64,000 bases of DNA, taken from assembly GCA_029938715.1 (NCBI GenBank), contig JAOZUK010000006.1, positions 3,069 through 67,068 of the forward strand, given 5' to 3'. The position numbers and the translations under genes are program-made. This document shows positions 9,030-18,812 of the stretch, piece after piece; position 1 is the first letter of the stretch, and each line of letters begins with the position of its first letter. The notes beneath the pieces were generated by a model. That model worked only from the letters and a program-made list of their open reading frames with translations, made no database searches and was not told where the DNA came from. The DNA is from Bacteroidales bacterium. Its GTDB lineage: Bacteria > Bacteroidota > Bacteroidia > Bacteroidales > GCA-2748055.

Positions 9030-10325
9030 TTAGTAATACTCGCCCGTTTGAAGATGAATGGTCAGGTTGTTATCCGCGGGAGGCAGGTCATTTGCCAGTC
9101 CCCTGATAAATCTTTTCCTGAAGAGGATCATGAGGCGTCCCCAGATGGACACTCCATCCACTCTGATGGCCGGATTCCTGGCAGCTTCGTCTCCCAGGCA
9201 GTGCTCAGAAAACAGGGTGCCAAGCTGGAATGCGAGGTAGTTGGCATCCTCCGGATTCAGTTTCCAGTTCATCATAGTTTTTGATGCAAGCTTTGAAGCA
9301 CCCTGGCTGACCGACATCCTGGCATATTCCTGGAGTCCCTTTTCCATTGATGGGATGGTCAGAATATGTTCCGTATTAATAACCATGCTATCTCCTCTGA
9401 TTGTGATTTTTCGAATGGGGCAGGGATAGGTAATCAGCGATCCGGTTTCAATATCAAACAGGAAGGAACCATCATTCCATTCATGGAGTGTAATGTCATC
9501 GGCGTGATAATGGCCTGTAAATACAGTTTGAACACCCAGGCTGGCCAGCCACCTGGATAGTTTTTTATGATCTTTCACCACATATTCGCCAAAATACCTA
9601 TTCTGAGTCTTAAAATGCTCCAGGATTCCATGGTGCATAAAAACGACTTTGGTTTTCTTTGCAGCCTCCTCTGTCAGGAGTATTGATTCCAGCCACTGGC
9701 GTTGCTTTTTGCCAAGTGCTCCCCCCGTTAGTGAATAACATATCGAATCGTTGCAGGTATAGATACAGGCATCCAGACCAATAACCCAAAGTCCATCTAC
9801 TGGTTCTGACACATAACTTAGAGAACCCGAATCTCTGAATATGGCTTCGTCATACCCGTACGGACCATATATCTCTGAGAACCTGGCCGGGTCCACATTG
9901 GGAACCCTCTCTGGACGATCTCCTTTAAATGAATAGGACTTGCCATTGTTCACATCATGGTTTCCCGGAACAACGAATACTTTTACACCCCTCTCTTTCA
10001 ACTTTCGAAGGTGACTTGCCATTCCAATATGAGATTTGAGGGCTCCGTCTTTGGTGAGATCGCCTGGAATCAATAAGATGCTGGCATTGGATGAGAGGAT
10101 GTTGTGAGTGGCTGCTTCCATCAGTTCATGGCTTTCCCGGATTAACTTTCCATCGCTGTTCAGGTCGGTTTTAAAGGATTTCCCCGAGGTGCCCAGACCG
10201 GGATCGTAGTAGTGCGGATCGCTGATCACTGCCATGGAGACGTCAAGACCGGGTTCTGGAGATCCCTGGGCTGAAACCAAAGCTCCAGAGATAAGTAGGG
10301 AGAGTAATGCCGATGTGAATACCAT
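9030..10325 (-). CDS. secreted metallophosphoesterase
   Basis: Carries the calcineurin-like motifs ISDPHY, PGDLTKDG, VPGNHD, MHHG and TGHYH. The start is set at ATG 10325 (MVFTSALLSLLISGALVSAQG signal peptide), which avoids overlap with the upstream gene. The ORF is open to 10439. Confidence 0.85.
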   Translation of the reverse strand: MVFTSALLSLLISGALVSAQGSPEPGLDVSMAVISDPHYYDPGLGTSGKSFKTDLNSDGKLIRESHELMEAATHNILSSNASILLIPGDLTKDGALKSHIGMASHLRKLKERGVKVFVVPGNHDVNNGKSYSFKGDRPERVPNVDPARFSEIYGPYGYDEAIFRDSGSLSYVSEPVDGLWVIGLDACIYTCNDSICYSLTGGALGKKQRQWLESILLTEEAAKKTKVVFMHHGILEHFKTQNRYFGEYVVKDHKKLSRWLASLGVQTVFTGHYHADDITLHEWNDGSFLFDIETGSLITYPCPIRKITIRGDSMVINTEHILTIPSMEKGLQEYARMSVSQGASKLASKTMMNWKLNPEDANYLAFQLGTLFSEHCLGDEAARNPAIRVDGVSIWGRLMILFRKRFIRGLANDLPPADNNLTIHLQTGEYY

Positions 10326-10356
10326 GATTGGTTTGCCTGAAAGGGGATGCTGGACC

Positions 10357-10770
10357 CTATTTATAGGGCCGTTTACTTCTGATCTTTCCTGGCCCTTTAT
10401 GAATGGGGTCGGATCTCTTCCGTTGAAGCATTTTACCATAAAACATCATCAGGATTCCGCCCAGGAAGGGTGTATAAACCAGCCATGGAGGCAGTCCGGT
10501 TCGGATGATTCCTGTATTGAAACCAATGGAGATTAATAATCCGGTTACAGCCAGAATTAATCCGACCCGGTAATATTGGGCGGCTTTGGCGGTGTGTTTG
10601 TATTCTGTTTCAGCCTTTAATACCCTCTCATCCACCTGCCGGATTATTTTACCTATCTCCTGCGACTTCAGACCTGCTCCAGTCAGGTCAGCACGTATCT
10701 CACTATAGCTTTTACCCTCCAGTTTTTGATGGTAAAGCTCTTGAATCATCTCTTCTGAAAATTCACTCAT
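10357..10770 (-). CDS. small membrane protein, unknown function
   Basis: 137 aa. It has an N-terminal soluble segment, two hydrophobic helices (VGLILAVTGLLISIGF, WLVYTPFLGGILMMFYG) and a basic tail. I recognise no family. Confidence 0.5.
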   Translation of the reverse strand: MSEFSEEMIQELYHQKLEGKSYSEIRADLTGAGLKSQEIGKIIRQVDERVLKAETEYKHTAKAAQYYRVGLILAVTGLLISIGFNTGIIRTGLPPWLVYTPFLGGILMMFYGKMLQRKRSDPIHKGPGKIRSKRPYK

Positions 10771-10779
10771 CCGGTTCTG

Positions 10780-12666
10780 TTATTGTTTCTCCACATTTTT
10801 CAGGTATTGGTCCAGAAAGTCCAATACCCTCCCGTATCCTTCTATCTGGTTCTCTTTTTTTAGGAATCCATGCCCTTCATCGTCAAATATCACATACTCC
10901 ACGGGGATACCATTCTTTTTTACCGCTTCAACTATTTCATCTGATTCAACCTGCAGGACGCGAGGATCGTTGGCTCCCTGGAGAACCATCAAAGGCTTGG
11001 TCACATTTTCAGCATGGAACAGGGGGCTTATCCTGTGGAGCCGCAATGAGTCATCGGTGAAGGGATCTCCAAGTTCATCATAAAGTGCCTCTCTGAAAGA
11101 TTCCCAGTAGGGAGGAATGGATTTGAGGGTCCGGAGCCAGTTGGTGACTCCGAAAATATTTACACCTACAGCAAACTCTTCCGGTTGGAAAGCCAGGGCA
11201 GCCATGACCATATATCCCCCATAGGAACCACCCATGATTCCTACTTTTTCCATATCGATGTAGTTCAAACTTTCCAGGTAATCTTTTGCTTTCACACAAT
11301 CCATCAAATCGTCGTCCCCGTGACGCTGGTTATCCAGGTTATAGAATGTTTTGCCATAGCCCGAACTGCCCCGGTTATTCACCGCTAGTATGGCATATCC
11401 ATGATTCACATAATACTGGATAAGACTGCTGAAACCCAATCGGCTCTGTCCACCCGGGCCTCCATGAATCCAGAGTATGGCCGGCACCTTATTTTTTACA
11501 CTTGCTTCATGGGGTTTGAATAGAATGGCAGGGATCTCCAACTCGTCAAAGGAGGGGTACCTGATCACCTCGCCGGCCACCAGGTCGGATTCATTGATTT
11601 CGGGGTTAAGGGTCTGGGTGATCCGTACAGGCTCTTTATTTCCGAAATTGTGAACATAAAGATCTCCCGGAGAGGTGGGACTGCCGGCTGCCAGTCGAAT
11701 CAGTTTTTCCGAACGGGATATGGATACACTCTTAATGTCTCTTCCTTCAAAATGAGGTATTTTCAGCTCCTGGCCGCTGGCCACTTCAATCACCTTAACC
11801 ACGGTCCTGGCATCCTCGTTGATCCCGATTACCTGATATTTTTCATGAAAGGAGAAATAGGCATACCACACGTCCCACTCGGCTTTGAAGGAGACCTCCT
11901 TCTTACCGGTTTCCAGGTGGTAGGAGGTCACATAGGTAAATTCACTCCCTTCATTGGTTAAATAATATAGGTATTCATCATTCATGGAAAAGTCAGCTGG
12001 CGAGTAAGTGGCATCTCCCTCATGTTCAGAAATATGTTTGATTTTATCTGCCTCGAGATCAAGCAGGTACATTTCATTATTGGCGGTGGTCAGGTCCCGG
12101 GTCAGAATCACGTATTTTCCTGTGTTGGAAAAACTTACAGGGGTCAGGTTCTCCTTATTTTCATAAATTATCTCTGGGGCGAAAGTTTCAATATCCATTA
12201 TATACCCGTCGAAGAAACGAGAGTCCCGCTTATTGGAGGTGAAGTAGAAGTATTTAAAATCACGAGTCCAGCCAGCAAACTGGGAGACTACACCTTCCCA
12301 GGGGGTCAGGTCGGTTACCGTTCCATCGGGTTCCTGCATGTAGATGTGACTGATCTCATTTCCTCCCTCGTCGCTTGAATAGAGAAAACGATCATCTTCG
12401 GGGAAATAGGAGATAGCAAACATGGACTCTTGTTCAGAATAGGTGAGTTGTTTTTCTCCGCTTCCATCCACATTCAGGGTAAACACATTGTAAATACCAG
12501 TCTGGTTGCTTGATACCAGCAGTCTGGATTCATCGGCCGAAAAACTTCCGCCTGAAATGGAAAGGTTATCAAAGAACTGCTCAATGGTATAGCGGGTAAT
12601 CTCTTCTGGAGTTGGGGTGCAGGCTGCAATCATCACCGCGGCAATAAGTCCTGTTATTCTCTTCAT
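10780..12666 (-). CDS. S9 family serine peptidase (prolyl oligopeptidase/dipeptidyl aminopeptidase type), lipoprotein
   Basis: 628 aa. It has a lipoprotein signal (IAACT), a beta-propeller-like N-terminal half, the nucleophile elbow GIMGGSYGGYM, and distal GANDPRV and EGHGF blocks. Confidence 0.88.
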   Translation of the reverse strand: MKRITGLIAAVMIAACTPTPEEITRYTIEQFFDNLSISGGSFSADESRLLVSSNQTGIYNVFTLNVDGSGEKQLTYSEQESMFAISYFPEDDRFLYSSDEGGNEISHIYMQEPDGTVTDLTPWEGVVSQFAGWTRDFKYFYFTSNKRDSRFFDGYIMDIETFAPEIIYENKENLTPVSFSNTGKYVILTRDLTTANNEMYLLDLEADKIKHISEHEGDATYSPADFSMNDEYLYYLTNEGSEFTYVTSYHLETGKKEVSFKAEWDVWYAYFSFHEKYQVIGINEDARTVVKVIEVASGQELKIPHFEGRDIKSVSISRSEKLIRLAAGSPTSPGDLYVHNFGNKEPVRITQTLNPEINESDLVAGEVIRYPSFDELEIPAILFKPHEASVKNKVPAILWIHGGPGGQSRLGFSSLIQYYVNHGYAILAVNNRGSSGYGKTFYNLDNQRHGDDDLMDCVKAKDYLESLNYIDMEKVGIMGGSYGGYMVMAALAFQPEEFAVGVNIFGVTNWLRTLKSIPPYWESFREALYDELGDPFTDDSLRLHRISPLFHAENVTKPLMVLQGANDPRVLQVESDEIVEAVKKNGIPVEYVIFDDEGHGFLKKENQIEGYGRVLDFLDQYLKNVEKQ

Positions 12667-12726
12667 GATTATTTATTTAGGTTAAGTATTAAAGGTAGTA
12701 CAGATGACGATGAAAATCAATACCTG

Positions 12727-14280
12727 TCACTCTTCGATCTCCTGCCTGTTCTGCTCCAGTTTGGAGATCGATTCAAGCAAGGAGGCTTCGGGTTCAATGG
12801 TATTGTAAATTCCCCAAAAAAGCGGATCAAACTGGTACGGTTCATCGTTTAAAATAACGTGGGACTTTACCCTTTCTGTGGAATTGATCCTCAATCTCTG
12901 ATTGGGGATAAGATCGGTGACAGCCATCTCAATGGCTATGGTGTACCTGGAACCCATCCATTTCCTTCGTTTACGCACCTTCAATTCCAGTTCTGCCCGA
13001 ACCTGACTCACATAGTACCTCTCCCCGGCGGACCTGTAATCCACATGGTACTTTGCTCGTATGGGTCTGATATGTATGTTAGGAGTACGGCTTACAAGGA
13101 ACAATCCGGGCTCTTTGTGAATGAGGTCTGGATTAAATTCGAAATCGACTGCGAGGATAGCCAGGCTCTCCTGTTCGAGAAATAGTTGCCCCTGGAAAAG
13201 CAGCTCGGGAATTGCGCTTTTTTGCTGAAAACTGATGACATAAACCAACCTGTCACCGTAAGTCATCAGGTCGGTAAACTCCAGATCATATCTGTTGAAA
13301 AAATCATTCTTAAGAAAATCGGGCCGGTTTTTTACCACATCCAGGCTCAGGGAGGTGAAGATCCCCGACCGCAGTTTGATCATGACTGTATCCTCTGCTG
13401 TGACATCTGTGATTTTTCTTCTTTTCTGAATTCGGACCTGGTCATTTGAAGATAGTAAAGAGTAAGGCCCTTTTGCCACATCCAGCACTGCTTCAGAATA
13501 GACCATGCAGTGATCATTTCTCTTAACGGATTCCCTGTAGAATGTGGTCATGGTGGAGTGATCATCCAGGTAGTTTTCAGGAATTCTCCGGATGGCTTCT
13601 GCCACCAGCAGTTCGGGATCGGTAAACCTGATAATGACCTCCTGCAGTGAAATTATATCTTTTTCAAGCCTGATCACATGCGCATCCTTAAGAGGATAGC
13701 TTATGGGCAGTAGAAGATTTTTATATCCCATATAGGAGACAACCAGCATGGGATCATACAGGTCTGTAGGTATCTTAAAGGAGAATTCACCCGTCTGGTT
13801 TGTGATTGAACCCAGGCTGGTGCCGTACAGTGCCAGGGTCGCATAGGGAAGAGGTTTTCCCGATCGGCTGTCCATTACCCTGCCCTTCAGTAAGGATCGG
13901 TTAAGCTCCTCGTTGATGGGTTTGGGGAGGGTCGTGTTTTTTTTATAAATAACAATGTTCCTGTCGATCACCCGATAATCGAAACGGGGATCCACCAGCA
14001 GGGAGTCCAGCGCTTCCTCCAGCAGTAGATCTGTGACCTTAAACTGGACTTTCTGTTTGCCACTAATCAATGCCGAATTATAGGTAAAATAGTAACCGGT
14101 CTGAAGAGTGATTTCATCCAGTATATGGTTGATGGTCTGGTTTTTGGCCGAAATTGAAATGGTAGCAGAGGGGAGGGTGTGTTGACCAAACAGAGGTGCT
14201 GCAGTAGTTAGTAAAATTAAAAAAAAAGGAAATGTCAGGCGAGGATAGCCAGACATAGTCCCCCTTTTTTTATTGCCCAT
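12727..14280 (-). CDS. STN-like signalling domain + carboxypeptidase-regulatory-like domain + ~330-aa unknown domain; no TonB-dependent barrel
   Basis: It has a signal peptide and an STN-like block, ISISAKNQTINHILDEITLQTGYYFTYNS...LEEALDSLL...YRVIDRNIVIY. The CarboxypepD_reg-like block is LKGRVMDSRSGKPLPYATLALYGTSLGSITNQTGEFSF. At 517 aa total it is too short for plug plus barrel. It sits directly downstream of the FecR-like gene. Confidence 0.65.
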   Translation of the reverse strand: MGNKKRGTMSGYPRLTFPFFLILLTTAAPLFGQHTLPSATISISAKNQTINHILDEITLQTGYYFTYNSALISGKQKVQFKVTDLLLEEALDSLLVDPRFDYRVIDRNIVIYKKNTTLPKPINEELNRSLLKGRVMDSRSGKPLPYATLALYGTSLGSITNQTGEFSFKIPTDLYDPMLVVSYMGYKNLLLPISYPLKDAHVIRLEKDIISLQEVIIRFTDPELLVAEAIRRIPENYLDDHSTMTTFYRESVKRNDHCMVYSEAVLDVAKGPYSLLSSNDQVRIQKRRKITDVTAEDTVMIKLRSGIFTSLSLDVVKNRPDFLKNDFFNRYDLEFTDLMTYGDRLVYVISFQQKSAIPELLFQGQLFLEQESLAILAVDFEFNPDLIHKEPGLFLVSRTPNIHIRPIRAKYHVDYRSAGERYYVSQVRAELELKVRKRRKWMGSRYTIAIEMAVTDLIPNQRLRINSTERVKSHVILNDEPYQFDPLFWGIYNTIEPEASLLESISKLEQNRQEIEE

Positions 14281-14288
14281 CGGTTTAT

Positions 14289-15281
14289 CTAATTGGTCAG
14301 GTAATACCCCTCATCCATGTTGCTGACCTTCATTCCAAAGGCAGCCACAATGGTTTCCAGGATGGCATCAATGGATTGTTCCCGGTAAGAGGTGGTGATC
14401 TTCATATCAGTTAATTCAACACCCTCGGTGTGAATTTTCACATGATATGATTCTTCCAGCTCCAGCAGCACATCCACTACATCTGCATCTACAAATTTAA
14501 AATCTTTTGTCTTCCAAGAGATATAATTAGGATCTTCCTGGTGTGATCTGATTAAATTTAACTCTTCAGTTTGCCCCAGCTCTTCGGGATCCAGGGTGAT
14601 AAACTGGCCCGATTCTTCCATGGCTATCCTTACCTTTCCGGTCTTTACATAGACCTCTATGCCAGAAGCCTGCGGTCTTTGTTTTACATTGAATGAGGTT
14701 CCCAAAACTGAAACTACTACTTTGCCCGACCGGACTGTAAATGGATTTACGGGATCCGACATGACTTCAAAAAAAGCTTCACCCTTCAATTTTACGGCAC
14801 GTTCCTGCTTAAATACGGTCGGATAACTGATTTCTGCCCCTTCATTGAGATAGACCCTGCTGCCATCGGGCAGGTCAACTGTGGTGACACCGGATTCTGA
14901 ATAAAGGTTCTTTACGAGTGTTCCTTCATTATTCTTAATGACCCCAAAGTAGAGTGCTGGAATCCCAATGGCCAGCAGTAAAAGAATGGAAGCAGCAACC
15001 CTTAGAAAGGGTGTAAAATTCCTTGCTTCAGGAGGTTGCCCAGTCTCTTCAAGGAGCCCGTCAGACTGAATCCTGGCCTGCAGTTGATTCCAGCCTTCAC
15101 CAGAATCCCATTTTTTCCCCGAAGGATTTTCATCAAAGTATTTCCAACTTTTCTCCATTTTTTTCAATTCTGTTTGTTGCATTGGACTGCTATTAATCTT
15201 TTGCATAAAAGCAATCTCTTCGTTCGTACTCATCTCTCCGGCCAGATACCGGGCCATATGTTCATCTCTATTCCTGCTCAT
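14289..15281 (-). CDS. FecR family anti-sigma factor
   Basis: 330 aa. It has an N-terminal cytoplasmic segment, one TM helix (AASILLLLAIGIPALYFGVI) and a periplasmic FecR-like region (VDLPDGSRVYLNEGAEISYP...GEAFFEV...PFTVRSGKVVVSVLGTSFNV). It overlaps the upstream ECF sigma gene by 14 nt. Confidence 0.85.
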   Translation of the reverse strand: MSRNRDEHMARYLAGEMSTNEEIAFMQKINSSPMQQTELKKMEKSWKYFDENPSGKKWDSGEGWNQLQARIQSDGLLEETGQPPEARNFTPFLRVAASILLLLAIGIPALYFGVIKNNEGTLVKNLYSESGVTTVDLPDGSRVYLNEGAEISYPTVFKQERAVKLKGEAFFEVMSDPVNPFTVRSGKVVVSVLGTSFNVKQRPQASGIEVYVKTGKVRIAMEESGQFITLDPEELGQTEELNLIRSHQEDPNYISWKTKDFKFVDADVVDVLLELEESYHVKIHTEGVELTDMKITTSYREQSIDAILETIVAAFGMKVSNMDEGYYLTN

Positions 15282-15816
15282 ATTTCTCCATGCTGTTGCG
15301 CAATGCTTTAAGTGCTTTTCCCATATTTGCCTCTACAGTCTTAACCGAAATGGACAGCCGATCGGCGATTTCCCTGTATTTTAATCCTTCCTGACGGTTC
15401 AGGTGAAAGATTTCTCTGGTCCTTTCCGGCAACTCTTCGAGAGTTCTGGCAATAAGCTCCGACACCTCGTTCAACTGAATGACCTGTAAAGGATCGGGGC
15501 TGTCCATTGCCTGATCTGTTGTAATTCCGTCGTCCAGAAAATATTCCCTTCGCATCTTTCGAAGATACATCATGGAGTTGTTATAGGCTGCCCGGTAGAG
15601 GTAGCTCTGCAGGCTCCTTTTTATCCTGAGTGCCTCCCTGTTCTTCCAGATATTATAGAATACATCCTGAACAACCTCCTCAGCTACCTCTGGCTTTCTC
15701 AGCAGACTTTGAGCATACCCACAAAGCCCCTGATAGTACTGGTGAAAAAGACGCTCGAAGGAATCCAGATCTCCTTTTCGAATCTTTCTTAATTGCTGTT
15801 GTTCCTTTAGGACCAT
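15268..15816 (-). CDS. ECF-type RNA polymerase sigma-70 family factor
   Basis: 182 aa. Region 2 reads AEEVVQDVFYNIWKNRE and region 4 HTH reads GLKYREIADRLSISVKTVEANMGKALKALR. Confidence 0.9.
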   Translation of the reverse strand: MVLKEQQQLRKIRKGDLDSFERLFHQYYQGLCGYAQSLLRKPEVAEEVVQDVFYNIWKNREALRIKRSLQSYLYRAAYNNSMMYLRKMRREYFLDDGITTDQAMDSPDPLQVIQLNEVSELIARTLEELPERTREIFHLNRQEGLKYREIADRLSISVKTVEANMGKALKALRNSMEKYEQE

Positions 15817-15830
15817 TTTAAGTTTTAAAA

Positions 15831-15889
15831 AGCACTGTCTGTGTGTCTTGTAGGGGTGGTAAAGTTACACAATTCGAACAGACAGTGTT
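15831..15889 (-). terminator. long hairpin between the 430-aa paralog and the ECF sigma gene (possible terminator or processing site)
   Basis: 10-bp perfect arms CACTGTCTGT (15833..15842) / ACAGACAGTG (15878..15887) with a 35-nt loop. On the minus strand it is followed by CTTTTT. The loop is large for a canonical terminator. Confidence 0.4.
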
Positions 15890-15916
15890 TTAATCAAATT
15901 TAAGATTGGATTGATA

Positions 15917-17209
15917 TCATCCGTTTCGCTTCAGGTATTTTCTGTTCAATCTGTTAATGGCGCTCTCGATGGACTGATCGGGTTCAATTACATTGTATCC
16001 TTCCCAGAAGCCCTGGTCGAAGAAGATGTACACTTTTTCGTTCATTATATCCCTGGACTTAAACCTTTCCCTTGAGGCAAATTTTTCAATCCCCTCGTAG
16101 GTCCGGTCTGTAATGGCGATCTCCGACATGGTGGAGTAGGTGGTATTGAATAGTTTCTTCTTCCAGTTAACTTTGAACTTTACCTCAGCACGTGCATAAC
16201 TGAAAAACCATCGATTATCCTCAATGGTATATTTGGCACGGTAGACAGCTCTTTCAGGGATAATGGTCATACCAATGGGTTTCCTCTTAATAAACAGGCG
16301 GGCGGCCTCTTCCTTATTGGATACATTCAGCTCAAACTCAGCCTCTGTAATAGCCAGTTTATCCATATCGATATAGAGTTTACCTATGTAGTAAGGATCA
16401 TCAACATAGGATTTTTGACTGAATGAAACCACATAGTGCAGCCTGTCATCGATGGAAATCACATCGGTGAGCTGGAAGTTGTAGATATCAAAATACTCTT
16501 CGGAAAGCAGGATGTACGGATTCTTCACCACATCAAGCAGGATGGCGGTATTGGGACCGCCCTGTACTTTGAACAGTACGGTATCCATTTTTTGTACATC
16601 AGCACTTTTACGACCTTTGAATAGTTTCACCTGGTCGATCTGGAAATCGTTGGAGTAGGCACCTTTAAAAATGTCAACTACTGCTTCTGAAATGGAAACG
16701 TAGTTGCGGCCCCGTTGTATGGTTTCCCGGTAGAATCCACGCATCATCATGGGATCCTTGCTATAGTTATCCTTGATCCCGTTAAGGGCATCTATAATCA
16801 GTTCAAGCGCATCCTCGGGCCTTATTGTAATCTCCTGGAGATGGACCGAGCTTACTTCCAGTCCTATGGCCAGGGACCGATTTTCCTTGAATTCGTTCAG
16901 AGGAATTGTTTGGTTCTTGAACCCAATGTAAGAGACCTTCATCTCTGAGACGTCAGATCCCTTGGCGATTTTAAGGATAAATTCCCCATCAATATTGGTT
17001 ACAGTGGCAATGTTGCTCCCCACAGCTTCAATGGTTGCAAATGGAAGCGTCCGTCCGCTAGAAACATCAACCACCCTTCCATAATAGGCTTTGAAGTTGA
17101 TGGTGTCATTAAGTTCGTCTTCCTCTCCTGTGAATGCATTGGCAGAGGCACTTATTAATATGGCCACTGCCACGATCCATGCTTTTCTGTAAATGAGTAA
17201 GTTTTTCAT
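15917..17209 (-). CDS. carboxypeptidase-regulatory-like domain protein, paralog of 12727..14280 without the STN segment
   Basis: 430 aa with a signal peptide. The CarboxypepD_reg-like block is YYGRVVDVSSGRTLPFATIEAVGSNIATVTNIDGEF. Co-linear blocks shared with the 517-aa protein are FYRE, SEAV.D..KG.YS, LDVVKN, RL.YV.SF.QKS and FW..YN.IEP. Confidence 0.65.
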   Translation of the reverse strand: MKNLLIYRKAWIVAVAILISASANAFTGEEDELNDTINFKAYYGRVVDVSSGRTLPFATIEAVGSNIATVTNIDGEFILKIAKGSDVSEMKVSYIGFKNQTIPLNEFKENRSLAIGLEVSSVHLQEITIRPEDALELIIDALNGIKDNYSKDPMMMRGFYRETIQRGRNYVSISEAVVDIFKGAYSNDFQIDQVKLFKGRKSADVQKMDTVLFKVQGGPNTAILLDVVKNPYILLSEEYFDIYNFQLTDVISIDDRLHYVVSFSQKSYVDDPYYIGKLYIDMDKLAITEAEFELNVSNKEEAARLFIKRKPIGMTIIPERAVYRAKYTIEDNRWFFSYARAEVKFKVNWKKKLFNTTYSTMSEIAITDRTYEGIEKFASRERFKSRDIMNEKVYIFFDQGFWEGYNVIEPDQSIESAINRLNRKYLKRNG

Positions 17210-17232
17210 CTCTCGTTCTATTTTAATAGTAT

Positions 17233-17240
17233 TAATTTTG
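17233..17240 (+). promoter_or_regulatory. candidate -7 promoter box TAATTTTG for the SDR gene
   Basis: Exact TAnnTTTG match 40 nt upstream of ATG 17281. Motif only. Confidence 0.3.
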
Positions 17241-17280
17241 AGCTCTTTGTAAAGAAGATGCTTAAGAAAAGAAATACCCT

Positions 17281-18225
17281 ATGAGTGAACATAAAAATAT
17301 TGAAAAATGGACTGCGCAGGATATCACATCACAGGCAGGTCGTGTGGCTATAGTAACCGGAGCAAACAGTGGACTGGGATTCTTTACGTCAAAGGCTCTG
17401 GCCATGAAAGAAGCCAGGGTTATTATGGCATGCAGGAACCTTGAGAAAGGGGAGGAGGCCCGGCAAAAGATTTTACAGATGAATCCGGTTCATGCGCCGG
17501 AAGTTTGGCATCTCGACCTGGCGAGCCTGAACTCGGTGAACGAATTTGCCCGGAAGTTTAAGTCCTCTTTTAAAGGGTTGGATCTTCTTATAAACAATGC
17601 TGGCTTGATGGCCATCCCCTATGGGAAAACTGAAGATGGATTTGAGATGCAGTTCGGAGTGAACTACCTGGGACATTTTGCACTTACCTCCCATTTATGG
17701 CCCTTGCTGCTTGAAACTGCCCGTGCCAGGATAATCAATGTGAGCAGTCTGGCTCATCGAATGGGAAGCATACGCTTTGACGATCTTCACTGGGAGAAGG
17801 ATTATAGTAAATGGGGTGCTTACGCGATGAGCAAGCTTTCGAATCTGCTCTTTACCATTGAATTGGCCAGGAGGTTTACCACATCTGGTATTGAGATGAT
17901 TGCAGCTGCTGCTCATCCGGGCTATGCCGATACTGAGTTACAGGCAAAAGGTGCAAAAATGAACGGATCCCGGTTTGGAGCTGGTTCATTTAACCTTGTC
18001 AACCGGATAGTGGCGCAATCTGCCGAAAAAGGGGCCTTACCTACTCTTTATGCTGCCACTGCTGAAGATGTGGATCAGGGGGGGTATTACGGACCGGATG
18101 GTTTCATGCGATTGGCCGGGTGGCCTTCTCCCGAACGTCCCAGCAAGAAACGCGTCAATGATCAAGTGGCCGGAAGGTTATGGGAATTATCTGAGGAACT
18201 AACAGGACTGAGAATCCCTATCTGA
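17281..18225 (+). CDS. short-chain dehydrogenase/reductase (SDR) family oxidoreductase
   Basis: Has the cofactor motif VTGANSGLG, then NNAG, and the catalytic SS...YAMSK (YxxxK). Confidence 0.88.
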   Translation: MSEHKNIEKWTAQDITSQAGRVAIVTGANSGLGFFTSKALAMKEARVIMACRNLEKGEEARQKILQMNPVHAPEVWHLDLASLNSVNEFARKFKSSFKGLDLLINNAGLMAIPYGKTEDGFEMQFGVNYLGHFALTSHLWPLLLETARARIINVSSLAHRMGSIRFDDLHWEKDYSKWGAYAMSKLSNLLFTIELARRFTTSGIEMIAAAAHPGYADTELQAKGAKMNGSRFGAGSFNLVNRIVAQSAEKGALPTLYAATAEDVDQGGYYGPDGFMRLAGWPSPERPSKKRVNDQVAGRLWELSEELTGLRIPI

Positions 18226-18276
18226 TATTTTAATAACCAATGTGGCACAGAATTTGCATTTTTTCAGAATAAACAG

Positions 18277-18804
18277 ATGGCAGTTCTAATTCAAAATAAA
18301 CTAAAGCCCACCACATGGATCATCCTGCTGGGTGTACTTTCTTTGGGATTTCTTTCAGGATGCGGACCCTCTTTCAGGATCTATGCAGATAAGGATGACT
18401 CCGCCCCCTTTGATCAATATGTCACTTACAGTTTTTTAAGTTTCACAGAAGGAAATATGAAGACCATCAATGAAATTGAGTTGAAGCGAATTCGTGCGGC
18501 GTTTGCCAGGGAAATTGAGAGCAGGGGCCTTAAGTTTACTGAGGATGGGGGTGATGTGTCTGTTCAAATAACTGTATATCACCGACAGGCCATGGATAAC
18601 TATTATAGATCTCCAGGCAGGTATGTTTATATGGAGCGGGCCCTGGCGGTAGACTTCTACGATAACCAGACCCTGACCCATGTGTGGCATTGCGCTGCTG
18701 TAGGTGAACTGGTATATGATCCAACTGAGAGAGCCGAAGAGTTGCCCAATGTGGTTACAAAGATTTTTGAACGCTTTCCGCTTGAACCTAGTACCCACAA
18801 TTAG
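18277..18804 (+). CDS. small lipoprotein (DUF4136-like)
   Basis: 175 aa with the lipobox LSGCG. Size and composition resemble DUF4136 lipoproteins. The family call is from memory only. Confidence 0.45.
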   Translation: MAVLIQNKLKPTTWIILLGVLSLGFLSGCGPSFRIYADKDDSAPFDQYVTYSFLSFTEGNMKTINEIELKRIRAAFAREIESRGLKFTEDGGDVSVQITVYHRQAMDNYYRSPGRYVYMERALAVDFYDNQTLTHVWHCAAVGELVYDPTERAEELPNVVTKIFERFPLEPSTHN

Positions 18805-18812
18805 GTATTTTG

